64,000 nucleotides of DNA from an uncultured Nitrososphaeria archaeon (GTDB lineage: Archaea; Thermoproteota; Nitrososphaeria; JACIWG01): assembly GCA_964448685.1 (NCBI GenBank), contig CAYUWR010000011.1, positions 23,007 to 87,006 on the forward strand. Direction: 5' to 3'. Positions within the stretch are counted from its first letter, which is position 1; the number at the start of each line of letters is the position of its first letter. Below the pieces are notes generated by a model. The model saw nothing but the letters and a program-made list of their open reading frames with translations. It was not told the DNA's origin and made no database searches. Made by a program: the position numbers and the translations under genes. Positions 47,637 to 57,159 of this stretch are shown here, in pieces.

Positions 47637-49157
47637 TTACAGTTCCATTTCTCTGAAGGCTGCTATGGCACGGTTAAGAAAGACCACGGTGGCGATCACC
47701 GAATACGAGAAGGAAAACAGAGTCAACGTGATCTCAAGAAATGGGGTTAGATTGACCATCTCCCCTATGAGGAAGGGGATAAGAATAGGCAGAGAAACCA
47801 AGACGAAGAACAGCATACCCATCATGTAGACGTATGGTGTAAAGGAGCGTCTCCTTATGATCCAGACCCCGTAGAAGACGCCGAATGCCGAGTCAGCCAA
47901 TGAGAGCAAGAGAGAATAAAATATGACACTGAAGCCGACTGAGCCCGCGATGATGACTACGATAGTCTGAGATATGGCGAGAAGAGGTAGATAGAATAGA
48001 AGCTGCCAAAAGAATACGCCGAAGACGTAGGACTTGATCTCATAAGAGAAGGTCTTCAGGATCCAAAAGTAGTCGCTGAATTCCGTGATCCAAAGCTGCG
48101 TCAAAAGTATAGGAAAAAAGATCGGGAGAAGCAGGACAAAAAAAGAACCTTGCTGAAGAAAACTGAAACTTGCACTATCGCCGACGAAGAAGTAAGGTAG
48201 GCTCAAGAAGACCGCCGTCAACAGTAGGCCGTAGAGGTCTCCGAATCGAAGGGTCCTAACAATAGACTCCTTGGCGAAGAACAAGATCTTGTTCTCAGGT
48301 GCATGTTCAAAGGATACAGGTATAGAGAACCGACCCACCTTCTCCAACATAAGCCGCTGCTTCTGAACCTGATACCTGAAGCTAGTATCGAATGCGGCTC
48401 TCAAGGGAACAACTTGAGCGAGGGGAATAAAGTTAAACTGCGACGCCCAAGACCACAATCCGATAGAAAAAATGGCCCAGGCTAAAACCGAAGCAGTGGG
48501 AGCTACTAAATTGGATGGCCCTCCAAGTCCAGCCAGAATCTCCTGAGAAGCCCCTATCGGAGAGATCAGGTTGATTAGTGTTGGCACATCATGGTAGAGT
48601 ACAGCTAACGGAACGGGAGCACAGAACACGAAAAGGATGACAACTATCAGCAGACGAACAAGGTTGCGGCTGTAGAAGAGAATCAGTACCTTAAAGCTGT
48701 TCTCCAACATGACCGAAATCGCCAATATTAGGAAGATAAGAGAAAACATGATAACATAGAAGAGTTTCACCAACAAGAGAATGGCGACAAAAGAAATAAT
48801 GAATGGGAGGAACAAGATGAACATTATAAGAGTCATGTCATATAACGTCTTTGCCACAAAAAAGTCCTTCGACATGACTGGAGAAGAGAAGATGAAGTCA
48901 CGTTCGTAGTCGATCACACTTATTGGACTGATCAGTGAATAGAACAGAAACAGGGCTGGAAAAAGATAGAGCAGAGGATACTGCGTTATCACTTCAATGA
49001 ACATGTTCTCCGAGAAGAGGCCATCACCCAAGACAAGCGGCAGAATGCCTAAGCCAGAAAGCGAGTATATGCAGAAGAGCACCAAAGTAGACTTCGATTT
49101 CCTAAAGGAACCGAATGAGGCTATCAGCCTCATCAAATATATCTCCTTTATAGGCAA
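47637..49157 (-). CDS. Polytopic ABC-exporter permease-like protein
   Basis: About 12 hydrophobic segments; ERDFIFSSPV...FFVAK motif; directly follows an ABC ATPase. Confidence 0.75.
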   Translation of the reverse strand: MPIKEIYLMRLIASFGSFRKSKSTLVLFCIYSLSGLGILPLVLGDGLFSENMFIEVITQYPLLYLFPALFLFYSLISPISVIDYERDFIFSSPVMSKDFFVAKTLYDMTLIMFILFLPFIISFVAILLLVKLFYVIMFSLIFLILAISVMLENSFKVLILFYSRNLVRLLIVVILFVFCAPVPLAVLYHDVPTLINLISPIGASQEILAGLGGPSNLVAPTASVLAWAIFSIGLWSWASQFNFIPLAQVVPLRAAFDTSFRYQVQKQRLMLEKVGRFSIPVSFEHAPENKILFFAKESIVRTLRFGDLYGLLLTAVFLSLPYFFVGDSASFSFLQQGSFFVLLLPIFFPILLTQLWITEFSDYFWILKTFSYEIKSYVFGVFFWQLLFYLPLLAISQTIVVIIAGSVGFSVIFYSLLLSLADSAFGVFYGVWIIRRRSFTPYVYMMGMLFFVLVSLPILIPFLIGEMVNLTPFLEITLTLFSFSYSVIATVVFLNRAIAAFREMEL

Positions 49158-49163
49158 AGACTT

Positions 49164-50000
49164 CTACCTTTTGAAGAGGCTAAAGAAGCCCTTTTTCTTA
49201 GCACCCTCAAGTTCAACGCCTCCCTGAGAAGAAGACTCTCGGGTTAAGGTCAAGAACAGCTGCTCGAGGGTGGTGTCCTTGCCAGCGTGTGCGATATCCT
49301 TTAGCTCCTGCAAGTTCCCTGACACAATATTTCTACCCTTACTTATGATAGCCACCCTATCACAAAATCGTTCAGCCAAATCCAAGAGGTGAGTTGACAA
49401 TAGAATCGAACAGCCCTCCTGTACAAGTCCCTTGAGCATCGACTTCAATTCATACTGCCCTTCTGGATCTATCCCTATAAATGGTTCATCGAGAAAGAGA
49501 ACCTTCGGCTCCTCCAGAAGGGCTGACGAGAACACGAGTTTCTGCTTCATACCCTTCGAAAGTGATGTGACAAGGTTCTTCCTCTTATCAGATAAGTCGA
49601 ACTCTTCAAGCAGAAAGTCGATCCTACGCTTCAAGGCCTCCCCAGGCATATATCTTATTCGACCAACATAGTATAGAAATTCGTATGCTGTCAGATACTC
49701 GGGTATAGCCGATGTTTCAGGCACATACCCAATCCACCGCTTATATGAGTAAGGATCCTTGTCAATGTCATATCCGAGGACATTGACAACACCCCGATCT
49801 TTCTTAAGAAGCCCAAGCACAATCTTGATCGTCGTAGTCTTACCTGAGCCATTCGGCCCAAGAAGACCCAAGACTTCACCCCTATTCATATAAAGAGATA
49901 AGCCATTTAAGGCTGGAACACCATCATATGCCTTCCACAGATTGTAGACATAGAGTGTAGCTCGATTCGGATCATACTTCTCAAATGTGCTATCCAACAT
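49164..50000 (-). CDS. ABC transporter ATP-binding protein
   Basis: GPNGSGKTT, LSKGMKQK, FLDEP, STH. Confidence 0.95.
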   Translation of the reverse strand: MLDSTFEKYDPNRATLYVYNLWKAYDGVPALNGLSLYMNRGEVLGLLGPNGSGKTTTIKIVLGLLKKDRGVVNVLGYDIDKDPYSYKRWIGYVPETSAIPEYLTAYEFLYYVGRIRYMPGEALKRRIDFLLEEFDLSDKRKNLVTSLSKGMKQKLVFSSALLEEPKVLFLDEPFIGIDPEGQYELKSMLKGLVQEGCSILLSTHLLDLAERFCDRVAIISKGRNIVSGNLQELKDIAHAGKDTTLEQLFLTLTRESSSQGGVELEGAKKKGFFSLFKR

Positions 50001-50045
50001 CTCAGATGTCCTCCAGATTTCCTAATCTATATTGGACCACGGCCT

Positions 50046-50312
50046 TTACTCCTTCACTTCAATCGACAAGTTTGGGTCAATCTCCTTTAGCAAGCCGTAG
50101 ATTTCGTCAATAGCAGGAATTGACTCCTTAAGATTCCAGCTGATCTTCTTGATAGACGCCCTCCTAAGTTCAGGCTCAAGCTGTATTATCGAAACAAACT
50201 TTTCCTTTATAACATAATATTCGTAACTATGCATTCTGACATCATACCCTCTATCTGATAGCTTCTTTCTAAGAAGAAGACGTTTTTCAAGTGCTCTAAA
50301 TGGAGAAGCCAT
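50046..50312 (-). CDS. Small hypothetical protein
   Basis: 88-aa ORF with plausible composition and a TATA-like element about 25 nt upstream. Confidence 0.65.
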   Translation of the reverse strand: MASPFRALEKRLLLRKKLSDRGYDVRMHSYEYYVIKEKFVSIIQLEPELRRASIKKISWNLKESIPAIDEIYGLLKEIDPNLSIEVKE

Positions 50313-50612
50313 CAGGTTTTTGCCTTAAGCATCATATTTAACCTTTTAGCCTTCGAATCTTTCGGTTATCAAGATACGAGCATGTATAATACAATGTATA
50401 GTCTGAAGTCTCATTATGGGAACGGCAACTGATCGAATATGTTTGTTATGTTCTAACTCCTTCCCTAAGTCCCAGACCAATGTTTATGAAAAATTCATTT
50501 TCTTAAGAAGTTTGACAAATATTATTATGTGCAAGGAAAGAGATATGAAAAGTAAGCGCCTTGACTTTTAGAATTATTGGCCACCAGTTCTTCTTTCTAA
50601 AGGATATCCTGG

Positions 50613-52016
50613 TCACTCATAAGGTAATTGAACATACAGAAGAAGAATTGCTATTACAATAGTCAAAAATGACAATATAGAGCCAATTTTTACCCACTCT
50701 AAAATGGATAAATGTTCACCTCTGCGCTCAAGAATTCCTGCGGCGACAAGGTTTGCTGTACTTCCAATTATTGTCATATTACCAAAGAAACAGGCCGCAA
50801 ACAACATGCTCCACCATAACGGGAAAACGTAAATACCAGCTTCACCGATTTCAATTACAACCGGCGAAAAAACAGCTACTGCAAGAACGTTGTCTAGGAA
50901 AGCTGAAAGAAAGCCGACAGTTGGAGTGAACAATAGAAGTAGTTTAAGAGGTTCTCTACCTGCTATTTGGATTAAACTTTCAGCTAATATCTTTATAACT
51001 CCTGTATATTGTAATGTGCCAACAGATGCAAAAAGCATGACGAAAAAAAGCAATGTCCACCAATCGACTCGTCTTTCCACTAAATTTTTCGCTTCACCAA
51101 GATCACCTAGAAGAACCAAACTGGCCATTAACAAAGGAGTGCCTAACAACAAAGTGTTCTTTTTCAATTGCAGAATTTCTTCCAATGGATGATGCACTAT
51201 TAAGAGGCCAACAGTTGAAAGAAAAACGAGCCAACAGATAACTAGATTTTTTGGCGTGATCATATTGGTTTCGACAGGTGCAGGCAACTCTTTTTGGTGT
51301 TTTAAGGCATAATCGAATTTACTTATATAACTTGAATAATACTTCATGCAGATCATTATTGTGACTAACAATGTTACAATACAGATAGGAGTGGACCATC
51401 TTAGAAAATCCAAAAATGAGAACCCAGCCTTAAATGCTATCATAACACCGACTGGATTACCTACTGCCGTAGCTGCGGAACCTATGTTGGTTGCGAAGAC
51501 TGCGATCATGATAAATGGGATTGGTTTTACTTTCAATTTGTCTGTCATACGTAGGATCAAACTTGTTGTAAAAAGAATGGACGTAACTTCGTCCACTAGG
51601 GCTGCAGAGAAAGCTGCGAATATCATCAGAGTAATAATAGATTTATGCGCACTTCCTCCTGCCATTTCCATAAACTTCTGGCTTAAATACTCGAAGAAGC
51701 CCCGTTCCTCTAAGAAACCAATTATTATCATCATACCTACTAAGAACAAAACAATATCAAAGGATGCGAATTCAATAAGGTGGGGTACATCTATGACACC
51801 AACTAGTAATAATGCTGCAAGACCTAAGGTAGCGAATGGTAGTCTGTACTTCCAAAACATCAATGCTGCTGCTGTCTTAAAAACAAAAATAATCACGGAG
51901 GCGATTTGATTTGTGTTAAAGCCCAAAATGTAGGTAATTATGGCGGCTAGAAACGTGGATATGATTACTACTATGATATTTGCTATAGGAAATTGGTGGA
52001 TGACTATGTTCTTCAC
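50613..52016 (-). CDS. ArsB/NhaD (ion transporter superfamily) permease
   Basis: SAALVDEVTS, ATNIGSAATAVGNP, SAFLDNV, GNMTIIGSTANLV; AT-rich. Confidence 0.9.
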   Translation of the reverse strand: MKNIVIHQFPIANIIVVIISTFLAAIITYILGFNTNQIASVIIFVFKTAAALMFWKYRLPFATLGLAALLLVGVIDVPHLIEFASFDIVLFLVGMMIIIGFLEERGFFEYLSQKFMEMAGGSAHKSIITLMIFAAFSAALVDEVTSILFTTSLILRMTDKLKVKPIPFIMIAVFATNIGSAATAVGNPVGVMIAFKAGFSFLDFLRWSTPICIVTLLVTIMICMKYYSSYISKFDYALKHQKELPAPVETNMITPKNLVICWLVFLSTVGLLIVHHPLEEILQLKKNTLLLGTPLLMASLVLLGDLGEAKNLVERRVDWWTLLFFVMLFASVGTLQYTGVIKILAESLIQIAGREPLKLLLLFTPTVGFLSAFLDNVLAVAVFSPVVIEIGEAGIYVFPLWWSMLFAACFFGNMTIIGSTANLVAAGILERRGEHLSILEWVKIGSILSFLTIVIAILLLYVQLPYE

Positions 52017-52022
52017 TTTAGA

Positions 52023-53111
52023 TCATTCTGTATGCAATTTGGTCTTTATAACTAACTTGTCTCCTCTTTTAGAAAGCCACACTTCTTGGCCATTTGCAAT
52101 CAATGTTATCAAAACTTCATACCATGGGAAGCGTATTTCGTCAACTACCTCTATTGTGTACCCTCCATATGCTGCGACCATGTGCCCCCTATCGCCTACT
52201 ATTTCAGTAAGCCAAGATGGCAAATCTTGTATAGGCATATTCAATGCATTGATCTTATGCTTTTTGACAGCCTCGAAGGATTCTAGCTTCAGTTTATGTA
52301 CTCTAAGATCCTCTTCAAGTTCTTTTATTTTCTCTTGAAGAGCTATTACTTCCATGCCTTTCTCCACCCCATTTGCGGTCGTTCTAAGGCTGGTAAACCA
52401 TTTGTCAGCATTTTTGGCAATAGTATCTTTTAAGCCCCAGCCAAAAGCGATGCCAAAACCAACAGCAATACCTATGGCTACACCAAGAGCTAGTGCATTA
52501 GCAAGTATGTGGAAGATAGACACATCTACCTTCATAATTGTAAGTGTCGTTGTGATGACAACAAAATAACCTAATAATCTGAAACCGTTGCCAGCTATTG
52601 CGTAGTATTTGTACCCAGATCCCCTAATGGCGTCGTTAATAACATTGGATAATAAATCAACTATAAGGAAACCGATAAGAAATATTATTACTCCACCTAC
52701 AAAATTGGGTATATAGCCGATAATTGTGCTTACAACAGGCCTTAGTGTCTCTATATCAAGAATATCAACAGCTACAAGTATAGCGAGCAGATATACTGTC
52801 CATTTAGCTATATATCCCGCGATCTTACTTATCGATAAGCCAGATTGCCTTATAGCTGTTCCTAAGCTTGTTTTTTCCCACATGCTCTCCAGTCTACTTC
52901 TGTGTATAAAAGATGAGACGACCAAACACAATAAACGCCCTAAAAGCCACCCTACCAAAAGTGCTACAATAGCACCGGCTATCCTTGGTAGTTCAACTGC
53001 AACAGCCGACCAAAATTCATTTATTATGTCAACGATACCTAAAGAAATTGTATTGTTCCACATAATATCTCCGATGGCATTTATCAGGGCGCATAAATAA
53101 GTATTTTGCAT
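52023..53111 (-). CDS. TM-helix-repeat protein related to small mechanosensitive channel N-termini, with C-terminal soluble domain
   Basis: Repeats LPRIAGAIVALLVGW / IPNFVGGVIIFLIGF; AVGFGIAFGWGLKD; coiled coil. Start uncertain. Confidence 0.75.
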   Translation of the reverse strand: MQNTYLCALINAIGDIMWNNTISLGIVDIINEFWSAVAVELPRIAGAIVALLVGWLLGRLLCLVVSSFIHRSRLESMWEKTSLGTAIRQSGLSISKIAGYIAKWTVYLLAILVAVDILDIETLRPVVSTIIGYIPNFVGGVIIFLIGFLIVDLLSNVINDAIRGSGYKYYAIAGNGFRLLGYFVVITTTLTIMKVDVSIFHILANALALGVAIGIAVGFGIAFGWGLKDTIAKNADKWFTSLRTTANGVEKGMEVIALQEKIKELEEDLRVHKLKLESFEAVKKHKINALNMPIQDLPSWLTEIVGDRGHMVAAYGGYTIEVVDEIRFPWYEVLITLIANGQEVWLSKRGDKLVIKTKLHTE

Positions 53112-53379
53112 GTTTAATGCCTATATTAAAAAAGAAGATTGACGTAAATTGAAAGATAAACTCAAAGGCACTGCACAGGGGTGCCAGAGTGTTAGGTGAT
53201 TCTGCAGAATGGTTAACCTGAAGTGTATCGTGAAGAAGATTGGGCGTACTAGTCGCCCAGTTCCCCTTTTTTCGTTAATAGAATGACGGTAAATAGATGT
53301 ACAAGACGAAGGATGATCTCGATTTCAACAATAGAACTCTTATAGTTAAACTTGAACTCGACAACAAAACGGCTGCTAT

Positions 53380-53720
53380 GAAGGCGGTACCTAGGAGAAA
53401 AATAGAGTCCAGTATTATGACCGAATCAACATCTTCTTGTTCGATGATCGCAGTTCGAACGCTCACTTCAATCAATTTAACTCTCCCTTAAGTTTTGCAC
53501 TCTTATTGAATCATCAACGTTTATCGGCTTGCCAGCTTTAAACAATAGGCGGAGATGCCAGAATCTGTATTATAGTGCTTGTTGCAAAGCTGATGGCAAT
53601 ACTGAATGCGCCAAGCCCGACTATGATTTGTGTAATATCATATGCGACAACAGATAATGTTCCCAGAAGGTCTACGATATATACAAGAAAGTCGTCAAAC
53701 CTTTTTGAAGACCAACCAAG
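53380..53720 (-). pseudogene. Frameshifted MscS mechanosensitive channel fragment
   Basis: IIVGLGAFSIAISFATSTIIQ / LLFKAGKPINVDDSIRVQN / KGRVKLIEVSVRTAIIEQEDVDSVII, read across three frames. Confidence 0.75.
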
Positions 53721-53735
53721 AACGACTGCTTGGTA

Positions 53736-54242
53736 CTACTCTTTGAGCAACTTCTGGCTCAGTTCAGCAGCAGCCTTTCCAATCCTATTATATGCTTCAG
53801 CAAATTCTCCGATGATAGCTAATGACTTCTTGGCCTCATACACCTCTTTTTCTCTAATTTGCGGGAATCTTAGCTCGGTCCTTAACAGGGATATTTCACT
53901 TGCGATTTCATCTTGAGCTTCAAGTATCTTACGTAACCTGTGAACAACGATCTCTCGAGAAGACATCGATGGAGCATAGTAGTAGGTCCTTTCACCCTTC
54001 TTCTTTACCTTCCTAATGATACCTTCTGCGGCCAATTAGTCAAGAGCTTTACTCACTGAAGACACGCTAAACTGCGTCTTCGCTGTCAAGTCTTTCTGTG
54101 AAAGAGGTTGAACGGTAAGACATAGTGCACTCATGATCTTCCCATATATCAGATTAGGCGACGCCTCCCCAGCCAACTTCTCCCATAAGCAAGCGAACCT
54201 TTCCCTCGTTCCAGTAGTAGTGGTGGACATCGGCATCCACAC
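53736..54242 (-). pseudogene. GbsR/MarR-family regulator interrupted by one in-frame TAA (54036-54038)
   Basis: Two adjacent same-frame ORFs join as ...GKIMSAL...PLSQKDL...SVSSVSKALD*LAAEGIIRKVKKKGERTYYY. Confidence 0.88.
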
Positions 54243-54262
54243 ACCTTCTTTCTTTTTAATTT

Positions 54263-54278
54263 TTTCTTAATTAAGAAA
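54263..54278. promoter_or_regulatory. Perfect 16-bp palindrome, candidate operator
   Basis: TTTCTTAATTAAGAAA, between the GbsR-like gene and the divergent DHS gene. Confidence 0.55.
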
Positions 54279-54346
54279 GTTCTGCAATACTACAAGATCA
54301 CACGCGGTGAATTTAAATATAGGCAAAGGCAGCAATAACGCTCGAA

Positions 54347-55420
54347 ATGAGCCTAGAAGAATACATAAACTCAAAAATCGAGCCGATAAAGGTAGAAGAC
54401 AATATTTCCATTAGCAGACTCCTAGACAAGATGGAAAAGACAGCCTACCAGGGAAGAAAGCTTGCTGAAGCAGCCAAGGTAATTGAGAAGATGATAAAGG
54501 ATGAAGACACAACAATCATGCTAGGCCTAGCTGGCTCGATGTCGACAGCGGGACAGTGGAAGATAATAAACTGGTTCATCGAGAATAACTTTGTAGATGT
54601 GCTGGTCACCACAGGAGCAAATATCTCAGAGGATATCGTCGACGCCATGGGCTTCAGCTATTATCAGGGATCACATCTAGTAGACGACGAGAAACTCTTC
54701 AAGGTGGGACTTAACAGATACTATGATGTCTACGGTCGAGAAGACGATTATCTGGCCATGACCGAGCTTATTGCAGACTTCATAAAAACCATAGATTTGA
54801 GAAAAGAATATTCGTCAAGGGAATTCCTCTACCTATTTGGAAAACATCTTAGCAGCAAAGGCATACATAGCATCATTGCGACAGCAGCGGACAAGAAGGT
54901 CCCTGTCTACTGCCCCGCCATCTCTGACAGCCCATATGGCGATGCAGCACTGATAGCGAAAAGCCAGGGATATCATCTTAAGATCGACTCGATAAAAGGA
55001 TATGCTGAATTCATGAAACTTGCAGAAGATGTTAGAGACACCGGCGTAATCTATATTGGCGGTGGAGTGCCTAAGGACTTCATACAGTTGTTCGCAGTTA
55101 CAGCAGACCTACTCTTTAAAGAGAGAGAAATCCCGAACAGAAAACCGAAACGCTGCGATATCACAAATGAAAGCTACTATCCCCACAAATATGCGGTGCA
55201 AATTACAACAGATTCCCCCCAATGGGGCGGACTATCCGGGTGTACATTCGAAGAGGCAATATCATGGGGAAAGGAATCAAAGGAAGGAGAGTTTGTACAA
55301 TGCTACTGTGACGCGACGATCGCGCTCCCTATAATAGCCCACGCACTGGCGGAGAGAATAGAGTCGAAGAGGAAGCCAAATTCATTTCGTCTTAAGGAAA
55401 GCTTCTGGCCCAACATATAA
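54347..55420 (+). CDS. Deoxyhypusine synthase family protein
   Basis: VTTGAN, YCPAISDS, IGGGVPKD, GGLSGCTFEEAISWGK (catalytic Lys present), DATIALP. Confidence 0.92.
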   Translation: MSLEEYINSKIEPIKVEDNISISRLLDKMEKTAYQGRKLAEAAKVIEKMIKDEDTTIMLGLAGSMSTAGQWKIINWFIENNFVDVLVTTGANISEDIVDAMGFSYYQGSHLVDDEKLFKVGLNRYYDVYGREDDYLAMTELIADFIKTIDLRKEYSSREFLYLFGKHLSSKGIHSIIATAADKKVPVYCPAISDSPYGDAALIAKSQGYHLKIDSIKGYAEFMKLAEDVRDTGVIYIGGGVPKDFIQLFAVTADLLFKEREIPNRKPKRCDITNESYYPHKYAVQITTDSPQWGGLSGCTFEEAISWGKESKEGEFVQCYCDATIALPIIAHALAERIESKRKPNSFRLKESFWPNI

Positions 55421-55508
55421 AAACAGATAAGATCCTCTTACATAGATATTGTGAATTTTCTGAGGTAAGACCATAGAAAGATCAGATAAAGGCTTCGTAG
55501 GCTGGTAA

Positions 55509-55793
55509 CTACTGTTTGATCACTATGACCACTCTATCAGCCGCCAACTCACATATTTTTCTTATCCCTCTTTTGCCAGGAGCATAGTTAGCTTTGACCA
55601 AGTTCAATTCAATGAGATTGCCTATTTCGTCACTAACATGGGCCTCACTAAGGTCGAGACGATCTGCGATTGTTGAGACATCAAGCTTTTCTTTAGAGAG
55701 CAATCTTAGGATGTTGAAACTTGCTTCAGAGGCTAGAGCTTGAGCCACTTTCAAGGCATCCTCTCCTTCAAATTGCAGTTCCCTAATGGCCAA
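55509..55793 (-). CDS. Small ArsR-like HTH protein
   Basis: VAQALASE..FNILRLL, LDVSTIA..L.LSEAHVS, PGKRGIRKIC. Confidence 0.85.
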   Translation of the reverse strand: MAIRELQFEGEDALKVAQALASEASFNILRLLSKEKLDVSTIADRLDLSEAHVSDEIGNLIELNLVKANYAPGKRGIRKICELAADRVVIVIKQ

Positions 55794-55855
55794 GCATCTT
55801 CGCTACAGAGACCAAACGTACTCCTATAAATATACCTTTCTATTAAATATTATTT

Positions 55856-55869
55856 GTATTTTAAAATAC
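55856..55869. promoter_or_regulatory. Perfect 14-bp palindrome in the divergent ArsR / membrane-protein spacer
   Basis: GTATTTTAAAATAC. Confidence 0.5.
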
Positions 55870-55910
55870 TTATAATCCACGGCTTATAAGGATAAGCGGT
55901 GAATGAATTA

Positions 55911-56519
55911 ATGTCCAAGAAAGAAGAACCAAAGACAGAGACAGGTGCAGAAGAGAAAAGAGTCGAGGTGTATGGTTCAGAAGCATATTATGAGTCGGCT
56001 AGGGCCGTGCGGGAAGTCGGCGCAAGGGTAGCCCTTTCGGTGATAGCTGCCATTCTAATTTGGCTATTTGGAGAAATGATATTCATACCAATAGCTAAGT
56101 CGTTGAACTACATCTTCCTAGGCTACCCTGTGCATTCCATAATCAGCTTCATCATCGTGATCGTCCTAGCCATCATAATCTTCTCCGTATTCGTCGACAT
56201 CAGAAGACTGACCAGTGGCATAGCCGGAATACTGGCCTACGAGGTCGGAAAGGTCGGTGGAGAAGTGAATGTGGAATCGTTCAGGCATTATCGAATAGCG
56301 CTCGATGGCATAATATACGTCATAGTAGTTGCTTTGGCATATCTCCTGTTCGCAGACTATCTAGGCCAAATCCATGCGGCCATTCCAGCTATCGTGCTAA
56401 TACTGATAGTCATCTGGTCTGTTTTCGCGCTATGGAGAAGCACTAGGGCCATAGCAGCAGAACTCGGAAAATACACTTCAAAATTGTCGGATGAACTCGA
56501 GAAGAGAGCTAAGAAGTAG
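55911..56519 (+). CDS. 4-TM membrane protein (paralog 1)
   Basis: ILIWLFGEMIFIPIA...; hydrophobic. Confidence 0.8.
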   Translation: MSKKEEPKTETGAEEKRVEVYGSEAYYESARAVREVGARVALSVIAAILIWLFGEMIFIPIAKSLNYIFLGYPVHSIISFIIVIVLAIIIFSVFVDIRRLTSGIAGILAYEVGKVGGEVNVESFRHYRIALDGIIYVIVVALAYLLFADYLGQIHAAIPAIVLILIVIWSVFALWRSTRAIAAELGKYTSKLSDELEKRAKK

Positions 56520-56544
56520 AGCCTGAACCGTGTCCTAGTTGCCT

Positions 56545-56560
56545 TCACCCCCTTTTTTTT
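56545..56560 (+). terminator. Archaeal oligo-T terminator candidate
   Basis: Pyrimidine run ending in T8 (56553-56560), about 35 nt after the stop. Confidence 0.5.
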
Positions 56561-56597
56561 GGACGGAATTTGAACGCCGAGGAGTTGCTAGAACAAA

Positions 56598-57086
56598 ATG
56601 GATAAAAGACACAAAGGAGAGCAGATGATAGCATTTCTAAGGAAAGATGGCGCTCTATTATTTTATCGTGTCCTTTCCGCTCTTTTGATATGGCTTTTCG
56701 GTGTGCTTGTCTTCATACCGATCGCTCGCACAATAAATCCTCAAACGACGACCATATGTTCAACGATCATCTTGGTCACCTTAACTGCATTTCTCTATCA
56801 ATCAGTTCCTTTACTGAAGAGGATGATCGATCTGTTCTCACTTTTTCCAGCTGAGAAGTATGGACCTAGAATAGGTTTAGACGATAAAGGATCACAGCTG
56901 GTGTTCAGGTACGCGTTCTACATACTAGTGGTTCTGCTGGTTTATCTTCTGTATTCACCATTGCTGACAAATCTCCATGTAGCAATTGACGGCATAGTCT
57001 TGATCATTGCACTCATATTGTCGTTCTTTCTTTGTATTCGAATAATAGATATTATCGTATCAGGCTACGGTTCTAGGACCTCATAG
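56598..57086 (+). CDS. 4-TM membrane protein (paralog 2)
   Basis: LLIWLFGVLVFIPIA..., similar to the upstream gene. Confidence 0.75.
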   Translation: MDKRHKGEQMIAFLRKDGALLFYRVLSALLIWLFGVLVFIPIARTINPQTTTICSTIILVTLTAFLYQSVPLLKRMIDLFSLFPAEKYGPRIGLDDKGSQLVFRYAFYILVVLLVYLLYSPLLTNLHVAIDGIVLIIALILSFFLCIRIIDIIVSGYGSRTS

Positions 57087-57159
57087 AAGTATCATGGAAA
57101 TGTTTGAAGAATTTCATCGTCTAGAAGGTCTCTTTGAGTTTATCATCTCGTTCGTTTCC

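Noticed and set aside
50351..50361. TTCGAATCT match to the tRNA-Gln T-loop as a possible attR
   Set aside because: Only about 9 nt and no acceptor-stem continuation; expected by chance.
53575..53916. 113-aa plus-strand ORF
   Set aside because: It is antisense to the MscS and GbsR pseudogene sequences.
54036..54038. Stop-codon recoding in the GbsR-like gene
   Set aside because: The codon is TAA, not TAG or TGA, and other genes here use all three stops normally.
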